From: a virus
Lineage: Duplodnaviria > Caudoviricetes
Length of the DNA: 57,344 nt
Direction: 5' to 3' (one strand)
Virus record (IMG/VR): IMGVR_UViG_3300037010_003065
Location: 1 to 57,344 of that record
Positions 1-8,579 of this stretch are shown here, one piece after another (position 1 is the stretch's first letter; every line of letters begins with the position of its first letter). Below the pieces are notes generated by a model. The model was not told where the DNA came from, ran no database searches, and worked only from the letters and a program-made list of their open reading frames with translations. Both the position numbers and the translations under genes were made by a program.

Positions 1-1879
1 TCTCGCGAGGAGAGGAGGCGCGGAGGATTTTTGTGGACCCCTTCTCACCCTGCTCGCCTCGATGAGAGATCATCTGAAGCGGGATCGTGTCGGTCATCTT
101 CTTCTGAATGACGTTCGCGAGCTTCACGACCTCCGGCACCGATCGGTGATTCCGCTCGAGTTTATAGAGTCTCGTGCTGACGCCGCGCCAGCCCTTGGTG
201 AACTTGAGGAGAAGCTCAGGAGCAGCGCCGTTGAACCCGTAGATAGAATTGCCAACAACGAGATTATCAGCAATGTAGGTATGATCCTCTTCTACGTCGA
301 GAGAATATACAAGGCCGTTAAAGTCTTCTTTGAGATTAGCTAGCACACGCGTGGATTGATTGATTCCTTGAATTGGCAAATCCATAATTTCTGGAATCAG
401 ATTAGCCGCCGCTGTTTTGAAATAACCGCGCGGGTGTTGGCCGGACGTAGTTTCTTTGCTTATTAACGGCTGATCTAGGAGTAGCCCGTGGTCTGCAAGA
501 CATGCCGCTGCGCCTGCGGGATTCGCGTGCGAAAAGATGAGTTTGATGTGTTCCTGCGTTTTGTTTTGACATCCACCACCGCAGAAAACACTTTCTGGGA
601 TCCCGTATTTTAGAGAATAAATCTCTTCCCAGGTTTCAGCGTCTATCTTTGTTTCGAACGTTTTAAGAATCCAAGCAGCGTCGCCATGCTCGACATTCAA
701 GCGGCTGCTGATTCCGTAGCCAGAATTAGATCTTTTTGCTTTTGTTACGCCGATTCTGTAGCCTAGCCCGTCTTTGCGCATTAGGTATAAGAAGTATTTG
801 CCGTCAGCGTTGTTATTGAATCGCGTCCAAACCCAGTGATTAGGTGTCACTCGCGTTACGCCCGCGGCTGTTTCTATGCGGCAGAGATGTCCAGCATAGG
901 GTCTTGACGCTACCCTAATTTTTCTCGCCTCTGCCCTTGTGCGGCAATCAACTCGACGCCACGAAACAACTTCATCGCCGTCGCGCAGCGTGTCAATCCT
1001 TACCTGCTTGTACGTAGCTGGCATGCAACCTTTACCGGTGCGCCCGCCACCTTTGGCGGGGCGGTCGATGACAGTGACTAGCGTTTCTGGGGGTTGGCAT
1101 TGACTCACATCGCCGACGACGTAGGCGTTGAAGTTGTCGGGCCGAAACAGGAGGTTGAAGAATTCCCACTGCACGACGTTCGTGTCCTGACTCTCGTCCA
1201 TGAGCACGTTCGACCACTGAGCCTGAAGCTTCCGGCGCCAGGTTTCATCGTTCCTGCCGCGCCTCACGACCAGGTGCAGCATGTCGTTGAAGTCGACGAC
1301 GGAGCGAGCAGTCTTCTCCTTCTCGAAGAGCTTCCAGAGCCGCAGCTCCACGTCCGTGAGCGCGTGGTAGCCGCCGTGAGCCTTCAGAGCGTTTGCGTGA
1401 ACCTCCTCAGTGTATTCGGGTGAGAATCCGATGCCACGCGCGCGGTGGTAGCCAATCTTCTCAAGCCAGTTCCACGGCTTGATGTCCTCGATCTTCTCAC
1501 GTTCGAGGATCTTGTGAAGAAGATCGACAGCGTCGTAGTCGTCGAGGGTACTCAGCTTCTTGTCGAGACCGAAGCCCGCTGGATCCTTCCTGATCGCAGA
1601 GAGCGCGAAGGAGTGGATGGTGCCGACTCGCGGCCCACGAAAGTTCTTGTCGCTCGGATCCTGGCCGAGCGCTTTGTATGTTCGCGAGAGGATTTCTCCT
1701 GCAGCTTTATTTGTAAACGTGACTACCAAAATCTTACTTGGAGTCACTCCCTGGGAGATTAGCCACATGACCCTTTCTTGCAAAACGCGTGTCTTACCGC
1801 TGCCCGCACCAGCTATGACAGCGGCTGGTGACCCCTCTGGGTGGTTAACAGCCCGTTTCTGTTCCTCATTTAATTCCAT
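1..1879 (-). CDS. uvrD: UvrD/PcrA/Rep-family SF1 DNA helicase, intein-containing, runs off the left edge
   Basis: Hand translation from ATG 1879: MELNEEQKRAV (Q motif), IAGAGSGKT (Walker A), VTFTNKAA (Ia), GTIHSF, LMDESQDTN (Walker B), VVGDVSQ|SIYGFNGA (motif III, split by an intein), LERNHRS (IV). Absent from the ORF track, probably because it has no stop inside the window. Confidence 0.95.
   Translation of the reverse strand, partial: MELNEEQKRAVNHPEGSPAAVIAGAGSGKTRVLQERVMWLISQGVTPSKILVVTFTNKAAGEILSRTYKALGQDPSDKNFRGPRVGTIHSFALSAIRKDPAGFGLDKKLSTLDDYDAVDLLHKILEREKIEDIKPWNWLEKIGYHRARGIGFSPEYTEEVHANALKAHGGYHALTDVELRLWKLFEKEKTARSVVDFNDMLHLVVRRGRNDETWRRKLQAQWSNVLMDESQDTNVVQWEFFNLLFRPDNFNAYVVGDVSQCQPPETLVTVIDRPAKGGGRTGKGCMPATYKQVRIDTLRDGDEVVSWRRVDCRTRAEARKIRVASRPYAGHLCRIETAAGVTRVTPNHWVWTRFNNNADGKYFLYLMRKDGLGYRIGVTKAKRSNSGYGISSRLNVEHGDAAWILKTFETKIDAETWEEIYSLKYGIPESVFCGGGCQNKTQEHIKLIFSHANPAGAAACLADHGLLLDQPLISKETTSGQHPRGYFKTAAANLIPEIMDLPIQGINQSTRVLANLKEDFNGLVYSLDVEEDHTYIADNLVVGNSIYGFNGAAPELLLKFTKGWRGVSTRLYKLERNHRSVPEVVKLANVIQKKMTDTIPLQMISHRGEQGEKGSTKILRASSPRE
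248..1099 (-). mobile_element. Intein (284 aa) in helicase motif III
   Basis: Starts CQPPET, block B TPNH, ends VYSLDVEKDHTYIADNLVVGN followed by Ser. Removing it restores GDVSQSIYGF. More AT-rich than the flanking exteins. Confidence 0.92.
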
Positions 1880-2750
1880 TCCTACTTCTCCCGGTATTTA
1901 TGCTATACGCAATCTCTTCAATGGAAAACGCTATATAGGCTCTACGGTCAATTTACGGTCCCGCGCAAAAGCACACAGAACCTGCTTACGAGGTGGATAC
2001 CACCATTCGAAGAAACTACAGCGCGCCTGGAACAAGTACGGCGAAAACGCTTTTGTTTTTGAAGTAATGGAGTGCTGTGCCGCAAGTAGATTAGATTCGC
2101 TGGAGGGTCCTGTTATTGCGGCCTACGACGTAGTTCGTCTGGGGTACAACATGCTATATGAGCCTTCAGGGGATGTGGACAAACGTACGCATGGCGCTGA
2201 GGCCCGATCGCGTATCTCAAAAGCCCTTACAGGTCGAGTACTACCTGAAACCGTAAAAGCAAAATTGCGCGGTCAAATTATTTCGCAGGAGACGCGTCAG
2301 AAACTCTCGCAGGCCTGGAAACCCCATACTCTAAAAACGCGACTGCTACTTTCACGTATGAAAAAGGGTAAGCCACTCACTGAGGATCATAAAACTGCTC
2401 TACGCGGTAAGCGCGGCCCTAAGCGGGCGATAAGCGAATCAAAGGTGGGTGATAAAAATCCAAATTTCGGTAAACCCAGAACTGAGACTACGCGCGCGGC
2501 TATCGCGGAAACAAACAGACGAACCAAACAAAAAAGATTCTACGCTTTATTGCCAACGATCCTTGAAGTGTGGCGGGAGCTCAGTATGAAAGGACCTGTG
2601 ACACCCGGGAGGTGGTCTGTTTACGCCGATAAGCATAAAACGGTGCCTCGCGTGTCTAGCAATAGACAGGTTTATAGAATTTTAGGATTCAGTTGGGAAG
2701 AATTCTGTGCCCTGGTGTTGAACAAAATCAACGATCTTCCGACTCCTTAA
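1815..2750 (+). CDS. Free-standing GIY-YIG homing endonuclease with NUMOD3-like repeats (start uncertain)
   Basis: PGIYAIRNLFNGKRYIGSTVNLRSR...H...LQRAWNKYG...FEVME, then basic repeats such as GDKNPNFGKPRTETTR. Possible starts are ATG 1815 or ATT 1878. Confidence 0.9.
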   Translation: MTAAGDPSGWLTARFCSSFNSIPTSPGIYAIRNLFNGKRYIGSTVNLRSRAKAHRTCLRGGYHHSKKLQRAWNKYGENAFVFEVMECCAASRLDSLEGPVIAAYDVVRLGYNMLYEPSGDVDKRTHGAEARSRISKALTGRVLPETVKAKLRGQIISQETRQKLSQAWKPHTLKTRLLLSRMKKGKPLTEDHKTALRGKRGPKRAISESKVGDKNPNFGKPRTETTRAAIAETNRRTKQKRFYALLPTILEVWRELSMKGPVTPGRWSVYADKHKTVPRVSSNRQVYRILGFSWEEFCALVLNKINDLPTP

Positions 2751-2764
2751 ACGGGGACTGGTGC

Positions 2765-3640
2765 ATGCTCACGTTCTACATGGGAAAACAACTAGGGCCT
2801 GGTGATCTCTCGCTGATGGTCCGGGATGAGTACGGGAAGCCTGTCACTCCGGTTCGGATCAGCTACAGCATCTTCCAGGTAGGCGTCAATCAGGTCCAGG
2901 ACATGAAGCCCGTGAAGACGCTCGTGTCTCAACCGAAGAAGACACCGGCGTCGGATCGCATCCAGGGTCAATACTACATCGACCTGACGATTCCGACTTC
3001 GTGGATGCCTGGTCAGTACGAGCTCGTGTGGTACCTACAGCAGTACGCCGACTCACCTGAAACGACAGTGTATGAGGAGTTCACCGTTTCGGAAGTAAAC
3101 CCGGCGCGCTCACACATCGAGGCCGCGTCGATGCTGCTGGCAACGAAGCCAGGATTCACACCCAAGATCGTGGAGCTCGTCGCGCAAGTCCGAGAGCTGC
3201 TGAGCGACACAAACCCCGACCGCAACTACCACTTCCGACCTCCCACAGCCGCTAAGACCATCGCAGGCTTCAGCCAGCGTGTTGGTTTCATCTGGACTGA
3301 CGAGACGATCTTGCGCCTCATGAAGCTGACGCTCGCGCAGATCAACACCTACAACCCCAAGCTCGATTGGGGATGGAACCTCGACACTGTTCCTGAGAGC
3401 TGGGGCCAAGCCATCTGCCTCGGCACCGCCGCCAAGTGCTTGAGCGCTGAAGCAGCGCGATGGGCAGCAGACGAGTTCGGCTACTCTCTCAACGGTGTCA
3501 GTCTCGACCTAGAGAAGAGCAGCAAGTACCAAGGCCTCGCGGAACAGTACATCTCCGAGTTTCAACAGTGGCTCGTGCCACTCACTGCGACGAAGCCTTT
3601 CAGCGCCGGTCTTCGTCAGAGCCGCTGGCTGCTGGGGTAA
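2765..3640 (+). CDS. Putative virion neck / head-tail adaptor protein
   Basis: ATG 2765, core-like codon use, helical C-terminal half with an FGYSLNGVSLDL hairpin-like segment, located at the start of the structural region. Function inferred. Confidence 0.55.
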   Translation: MLTFYMGKQLGPGDLSLMVRDEYGKPVTPVRISYSIFQVGVNQVQDMKPVKTLVSQPKKTPASDRIQGQYYIDLTIPTSWMPGQYELVWYLQQYADSPETTVYEEFTVSEVNPARSHIEAASMLLATKPGFTPKIVELVAQVRELLSDTNPDRNYHFRPPTAAKTIAGFSQRVGFIWTDETILRLMKLTLAQINTYNPKLDWGWNLDTVPESWGQAICLGTAAKCLSAEAARWAADEFGYSLNGVSLDLEKSSKYQGLAEQYISEFQQWLVPLTATKPFSAGLRQSRWLLG

Positions 3641-3644
3641 TAGT

Positions 3645-3836
3645 CTAAGCTCTGATCCGAATGGCAGCGGGACTGCCCATTTCGACAACCCAGGCGATCT
3701 CCTTCTCAGTGGCTTCCCTAGCGCACTTGATCTCGCTGAGGCTTCCAATTTCTGACAAGACCTCCTGGACTACAGCTTCAATAGACTCTCCAGTTCGAAG
3801 GCAGCAGCCGTTTGCAGTTTCAACATAAACACGCAT
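3645..3836 (-). CDS. Small hypothetical protein
   Basis: 63-aa ORF with AAGGAG RBS upstream. Confidence 0.6.
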   Translation of the reverse strand: MRVYVETANGCCLRTGESIEAVVQEVLSEIGSLSEIKCAREATEKEIAWVVEMGSPAAIRIRA

Positions 3837-3898
3837 ATCAACTCCTTATTTCAGCAACTATAGTTAGTGCGATCAGTCTTGTGTCGTGATTTCGGCGA

Positions 3899-4111
3899 TT
3901 AACCAATCACCCCATGCGTGAAGGCTAACATGGTGAGCAGCCTGGAGGCAGTTCGTTGCTGTGCTCTCTCTTCGGCTTCACGCTGTGCCGGGGTCATTGC
4001 CGCCAGTCGTTGGCGCTTGGCTTCGTCCCTGGCATCCTCAGCATATTTCTGACGCTCTATGGCATGAATCCTTCGTTCTTCAAAAGTTCCACGTCGTTTC
4101 GCCTGTCCCAT
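3899..4111 (-). CDS. Small hypothetical phage protein
   Basis: MGQAKRRGTFEER-type N-terminus, AAGGA RBS. Confidence 0.6.
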   Translation of the reverse strand: MGQAKRRGTFEERRIHAIERQKYAEDARDEAKRQRLAAMTPAQREAEERAQQRTASRLLTMLAFTHGVIG

Positions 4112-4134
4112 TTTCTTCTATTTCCTTTCTGTCC

Positions 4135-4422
4135 TCATTGTTCGCGTAGAACTCCAGTGCTTTCCAGAGTTGGTCTCTCCCGCACGGTTACACCCATTTC
4201 AATGACGAATAGAATGGCGTAATCACGGATAAGGTCCTCAGCCACAGACATAGAAGAGAGACCAGCAAAGCTGGTAATCTTTCGAAGCTCAGCAAACTTG
4301 GAGTTTTGAGGCCACTGTCCTTCCGTGTGAAGGTAACGAACCTCCCGGCATAGCTCATAGAGATTTTCTCGGACGAACTTACGAGCGGCGATGAGTTCTT
4401 GCTGAAGTTCTTTCTCGGACAT
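4135..4422 (-). CDS. Small hypothetical protein
   Basis: ATG 4422 preceded by GGAGG; part of the minus-strand run. Confidence 0.55.
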   Translation of the reverse strand: MSEKELQQELIAARKFVRENLYELCREVRYLHTEGQWPQNSKFAELRKITSFAGLSSMSVAEDLIRDYAILFVIEMGVTVRERPTLESTGVLREQ

Positions 4423-4533
4423 TGCCCTACCTCCACAATGGATTCTCTTACACACAACTACACTGTAGCGCCCTCAGCCGCGTAGCCCTGAATGGCCTTG
4501 GCCAAGAGGTTCATCTTATCTGGATCAAACCAT

Positions 4534-4803
4534 TTACAGAATCTGGCTGCCATTGAAGAAGACATCCACGGACGCAAGGCCCAGATTTTTGCGTACCATT
4601 TCGGAGATCATAGCTACCTGAGGGGTGCCACCTTCGGAAAGGGGCCTACCCTGTACAAGTTCATCCCTTACCATCAGAAGGGTGATAAGGTTCTGATAGG
4701 AGATGGACTTGACCACCTTCCCCGTAGCATCCTTGAATTTCAGGTCGTAGTCGTACATCGTTTTGCCTCCCGCAATCGAGCCTAGCCACTGACCGTCTTC
4801 CAA
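4534..4803 (-). CDS. Small hypothetical protein (start uncertain)
   Basis: ORF in the minus-strand run of small genes. Confidence 0.4.
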   Translation of the reverse strand: MEDGQWLGSIAGGKTMYDYDLKFKDATGKVVKSISYQNLITLLMVRDELVQGRPLSEGGTPQVAMISEMVRKNLGLASVDVFFNGSQIL

Positions 4804-4866
4804 GTGATACGGCTGGCGCCTTCACAGATTCTTTTATTATGACACCTTGAACAGTCTCCTGTAGAA

Positions 4867-5133
4867 TTACAAGAGTCCTTCTAGTCTTGTAATCTCAGCT
4901 CGATGTTTCTGAATTTCAGCCTTAATAAGGTCTGGAACCGCAGCCTTCGCTTCTTTCCTGGTCTTGTAGAGCTTACCGTGTATCCTTACAATCCAAGGCA
5001 TAGTGTCCGACTTGCAAACGCTGAAGTCATTCAAAACCATCCACTTGCCTAAAGTAGGATCTGGTGGGGGAGGGCACGTGCAGTGGAGACTATGGCAAGT
5101 CTCACAAACCATCTCGGAAAAATAGTGCCCCAT
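4867..5133 (-). CDS. Small Cys-rich hypothetical protein
   Basis: CETCHSLHCTC near the N-terminus; GGAG RBS. Confidence 0.6.
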   Translation of the reverse strand: MGHYFSEMVCETCHSLHCTCPPPPDPTLGKWMVLNDFSVCKSDTMPWIVRIHGKLYKTRKEAKAAVPDLIKAEIQKHRAEITRLEGLL

Positions 5134-5277
5134 TTAATGCTCCCCAAGAATAGCCTTCAACTTCAACTTAGTCTCTATTCGATCTAAAGCCTTCAACTCC
5201 GCTTTCACGGTTGTTGTGCCTCCGCAACTGGTTATCCTTGATACACGCGTATCTCCTTGTGGTGGACGGGTGGGGCT

Positions 5278-5640
5278 ATGATAGCGAACCTACAGACAAG
5301 AGCTACCATCGAAGCCAACTACAAACGCACCATGCGGTTCCTCGCCATAGATGGATTCGAAGCCTCCTGCGTGACAGAGGATCTTGCTGACCAGGGTATG
5401 GTCACAATCGAATATCCTGATACCAATCGCGAGGAGAATGAAGCCTTCACTCTGAGCGAGGCGAAGAAGGAGGTGGATCTGGACGATGAGGGGGGAATAA
5501 TGCGAGCGCGCTTGTACCTCCTAGATCCCCAAGTTCCTGAACACTATAAACAACACATCCGTGCCTTCCTCACGTTGGATGGTTACAAATTCAAAAACGA
5601 TACCCTTCAACGGATAGAGAAGGACTACGAATATGATTGA
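5278..5640 (+). CDS. Hypothetical protein
   Basis: First gene of a tightly overlapping + strand run. Confidence 0.55.
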   Translation: MIANLQTRATIEANYKRTMRFLAIDGFEASCVTEDLADQGMVTIEYPDTNREENEAFTLSEAKKEVDLDDEGGIMRARLYLLDPQVPEHYKQHIRAFLTLDGYKFKNDTLQRIEKDYEYD

Positions 5641-5797
5641 TGAGCAGACTGATTTGGGCAAGTGCCCGTGGTGTGGTGGACCTACAGACAACGGGCAGGA
5701 CCGCAGTATCTTACCGAGCGCCTACCTGTGCTCGAAATGCGCTACCTCAGATCGAGCCAAGCGGAACTTTGAATACAACTCGCTAATGGAGCAGTGA
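5633..5797 (+). CDS. Small zinc-ribbon protein (54 aa, below the track cut-off)
   Basis: MIDEQTDLGKCPWCGG...YLCSKC; overlaps both neighbours. Confidence 0.55.
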   Translation: MIDEQTDLGKCPWCGGPTDNGQDRSILPSAYLCSKCATSDRAKRNFEYNSLMEQ

Positions 5798-5802
5798 CGC
5801 CC

Positions 5803-6396
5803 ATGATTGCCGCATTATTTGTGGAAAAGAATGGATGCTACTTCGGCCTGCCGGGAGTGGACCCATGGGATGTCGAGCGAGACGCCAGGCTCTACACTGG
5901 GCCTTACCCGATTGTGGCGCACCCACCCTGCGAACGCTGGGGCCGATTTTCAGAAGGCAGCATGACGCTGAAAAATAAGATCACTGGGGACGACAATGGG
6001 TGCTTCGCTTCCGCCTTGGCCTCTCTTCGAGCCTTTGGTGGCGTCCTGGAACACCCTGCCCACTCGAAAGCCTGGGCAGCGTTTGGAATCCCTAAGCCCC
6101 CGAAGGCGGGGTGGTTGCAGTCCGGGGATAATGAGTGGACCTGTGAGGTAGAGCAGGGGCACTACGGCCATGTCGCGCGCAAGAAGACGTGGCTGATTGT
6201 TGTGGGACTGCAACCTCCCGAGTTGATCTGGGGGCCGGCCGAGCAGCGTCTTCCGGCCAAACGGCTGGCAGAGAGAGGCTATGAATCAGCTAGGCGCTGC
6301 GGTGTTGTGGCGAACCAGAGCCAGAAGCAACGGCAGAGGACTCCGCATCCATTTCGAGATCTCCTACTTGCAATTGCTGGCCAGCAGAAGGCGTGA
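5803..6396 (+). CDS. Short DNA cytosine-C5 methyltransferase-like protein
   Basis: IAALF (motif I-like), AHPPC (IV), LEHP (VI-like), RKKTW (VIII-like), QRTPHPF near the C-terminus. Confidence 0.55.
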   Translation: MIAALFVEKNGCYFGLPGVDPWDVERDARLYTGPYPIVAHPPCERWGRFSEGSMTLKNKITGDDNGCFASALASLRAFGGVLEHPAHSKAWAAFGIPKPPKAGWLQSGDNEWTCEVEQGHYGHVARKKTWLIVVGLQPPELIWGPAEQRLPAKRLAERGYESARRCGVVANQSQKQRQRTPHPFRDLLLAIAGQQKA

Positions 6397-6611
6397 CTAC
6401 GGCGGCCCAAAAACCCTACAAGGAGCACTACATGAACCTCTACATCAAGATTTCCTTCTGGTTAGGCATCGCCGGAATCGTTATGCGCGCCCTCACCATG
6501 ATGGTTAGCGATTACCCCAGGACCGTGAAACACAGCCTGGGTGAGGATGTGGTCACCCTCATCCGGGAGATTGGCTTTGCGGTGTGGGCCTGGGTGCTGA
6601 TCTATGGCTGA
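6393..6611 (+). CDS. Small membrane protein
   Basis: Two hydrophobic segments; overlaps the upstream stop. Confidence 0.5.
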   Translation: MTTAAQKPYKEHYMNLYIKISFWLGIAGIVMRALTMMVSDYPRTVKHSLGEDVVTLIREIGFAVWAWVLIYG

Positions 6612-6678
6612 TGGCCAGCTAACAGGCCCAGCCGCTGGTCTGGAGGAACGCATGATCGCAAAGGACGGCGGAGAAGAA

Positions 6679-7140
6679 ATGAAAGAAATCAAGGTAAAGC
6701 ACGAGTGCGGTTCCTGCCATGGGACAGGACTCTATTCTGGCATGGGCGAGGGCAAGGGCGCAGCGGTGGTCTGCCACTCCTGCAAGGGAACGGGGTGGTG
6801 CGAATCGGTTTTCCAGCCCTTCACTGGGCGCAAAGAACTACCTGGGATCAAGCGCGTCTATCAAGTAAATCCTGGCATCAGGATCGGGAAAGGGAACGGC
6901 TTCAGGCTAGAGGACTTCGGGGGGATGCCCCTGGCGAATTGGATTGCCGGTGAACCATTCAAGCCCGGCATGGAGAGTCGCGCATTCACCTGCCCGCGTT
7001 GGTGGGAGCAATGCACACCCGGGCCGATACCAGGGTGGAAGGAATGCGACGCCTGCCTGGGGTCTTCATTCAGCCAATGCCCCCACTTCGAGAATAAGGC
7101 CGCCTGCTGGGAACGCTGGGACAAAGAACGCGCGGTATAA
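6679..7140 (+). CDS. Cys-rich protein with DnaJ-type CxxCxGxG zinc finger
   Basis: CGSCHGTG and CHSCKGTG plus further C-terminal cysteines; GGAG RBS. Confidence 0.7.
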   Translation: MKEIKVKHECGSCHGTGLYSGMGEGKGAAVVCHSCKGTGWCESVFQPFTGRKELPGIKRVYQVNPGIRIGKGNGFRLEDFGGMPLANWIAGEPFKPGMESRAFTCPRWWEQCTPGPIPGWKECDACLGSSFSQCPHFENKAACWERWDKERAV

Positions 7141-7227
7141 CGCCCCAAGCCCACCTGCCTTTCGGTTCAAGTGCAGCGCCCAGTTGGACGTGGGAGAAAC
7201 AAATGAGAACTACACGGAGGGAGAAAA

Positions 7228-7587
7228 ATGCTTCAAAAAGTGCTAGATTTCATCCGGGAAGGGGCGATCGCCACTTCAGGCCCCGCCAAGTGGGGGTTTG
7301 AGCAGGTGTGCGCGTACCGGGCCAACGTGGCACTGGGAGAACTCACCTCCCTCGCTCTCGCTACGATCATCCCCCTTGCCGTAGTTTTATACTTTGTCCC
7401 ATGTATCAAGAAGGGCATGAATATGAGGGGTAGTAGTTTTTGGTGTGAAGTTGGTGCCCCAACGGTTTGTATTGTCCTTTCCATTATTTGTATTGGTTCT
7501 TCAATCGCTTTTCTCTGCCGACTACCAACCGATCTCGCTACAATCCGCACCCCTGCCGGGTCTGTTTTAAGTGAGTTGGCCAAATGA
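7228..7587 (+). CDS. Membrane protein
   Basis: Two hydrophobic helices; GGAGG RBS. Confidence 0.6.
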   Translation: MLQKVLDFIREGAIATSGPAKWGFEQVCAYRANVALGELTSLALATIIPLAVVLYFVPCIKKGMNMRGSSFWCEVGAPTVCIVLSIICIGSSIAFLCRLPTDLATIRTPAGSVLSELAK

Positions 7588-7646
7588 AGATGGAACCTGT
7601 TGGACGCCGAGAACCCATGCGTCCGCATTGAACGGGAGGTTAGGCG

Positions 7647-7925
7647 ATGGATGCAGGTAGCTCTATGACATTAACCATTAACGGACTAACCGCAGATCAA
7701 TGGGCGTTCGCAAGGGCAGTCGCCGGGTTGGTCTCACAGAACCTTGAAGACCGCGAAGCTTGCACGGCGCGGGAGGCCCGCCTACAGACTCGTATCAACA
7801 AGCTGGAGGAGTTTATTTGCAACAGTGGAGGATTGGTCAATGAATGGGCCAAGACCTGTCCGTTCGGAACAAAGATGGCGGACCACATCAAGGGCAAACT
7901 CTATGAATGGTTGAAGCATAATTGA
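7647..7925 (+). CDS. Hypothetical protein
   Basis: GGAGG RBS; 92 aa. Confidence 0.55.
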   Translation: MDAGSSMTLTINGLTADQWAFARAVAGLVSQNLEDREACTAREARLQTRINKLEEFICNSGGLVNEWAKTCPFGTKMADHIKGKLYEWLKHN

Positions 7926-7986
7926 TTTTTGATCTGCCAGATGGTTGCGCTATTCAAGATGAGTCAAGATTTCTCCGGTCATTAGA

Positions 7987-8256
7987 TTGAAGAGCTTGTT
8001 AGCGGCGGATCGGGAGGTTGGTGTGAAGCATCTTGATTATTTCTGGCTACGTACTACCATAAAGATTACAGTGATTGTTTTCGTATTCCAGCTATTGCTT
8101 ACCGTGACAGGTGTTGCGACTAGAGAGCCAGGTTTTGAGTGGGTAATATGGGCAGCATTTGCCGGTTTCTGTGCGGCCATTGCTTATATCGTATTAGTTG
8201 CGCGCCGAAATCGTCAAAATGCCACCTCAAAGGAGATACCATGGCGAAGACAGTAA
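7987..8256 (+). CDS. Small membrane protein (start uncertain)
   Basis: Two hydrophobic helices and a basic tail; AT-rich. Confidence 0.5.
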   Translation: MKSLLAADREVGVKHLDYFWLRTTIKITVIVFVFQLLLTVTGVATREPGFEWVIWAAFAGFCAAIAYIVLVARRNRQNATSKEIPWRRQ

Positions 8257-8423
8257 CCACCTTTATTAAATTATCACGAGTCCCTATCGTGGGGGAGATG
8301 ATTGGTTTATCCAAAGAGGATTCAGCTAAGGTGGATGGAGCTAAGTATGTTAGAGTGACCTCTATCATCCATACCGACCGAGCTGAAGGTCAGAGTGCCA
8401 TAGTGAAGGCTATGGTTGTATGA
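8241..8423 (+). CDS. Small hypothetical protein
   Basis: AAGGAG RBS before ATG 8241 (MAKTVTTFIK). Confidence 0.55.
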   Translation: MAKTVTTFIKLSRVPIVGEMIGLSKEDSAKVDGAKYVRVTSIIHTDRAEGQSAIVKAMVV

Positions 8424-8579
8424 GAACGGTCCCTGGATCTTCCGAGAAAGGATGGACCTTCAGACCCTGATCTACAAACTTTCAGCGGCTATTAGAGAAG
8501 GGTGGGTGTCTGTGGTCTGTACAGCGACAACATTGCGCAAATCTCTTTCGTACGCAGATGTCTTGGCGTTGGTGTAAGC

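Noticed and set aside
62-1762. Plus-strand ORFs 62-343, 1094-1423, 1445-1762 and the N-terminal extension of 1560-2750
   Set aside because: Antisense shadows of the minus-strand helicase.
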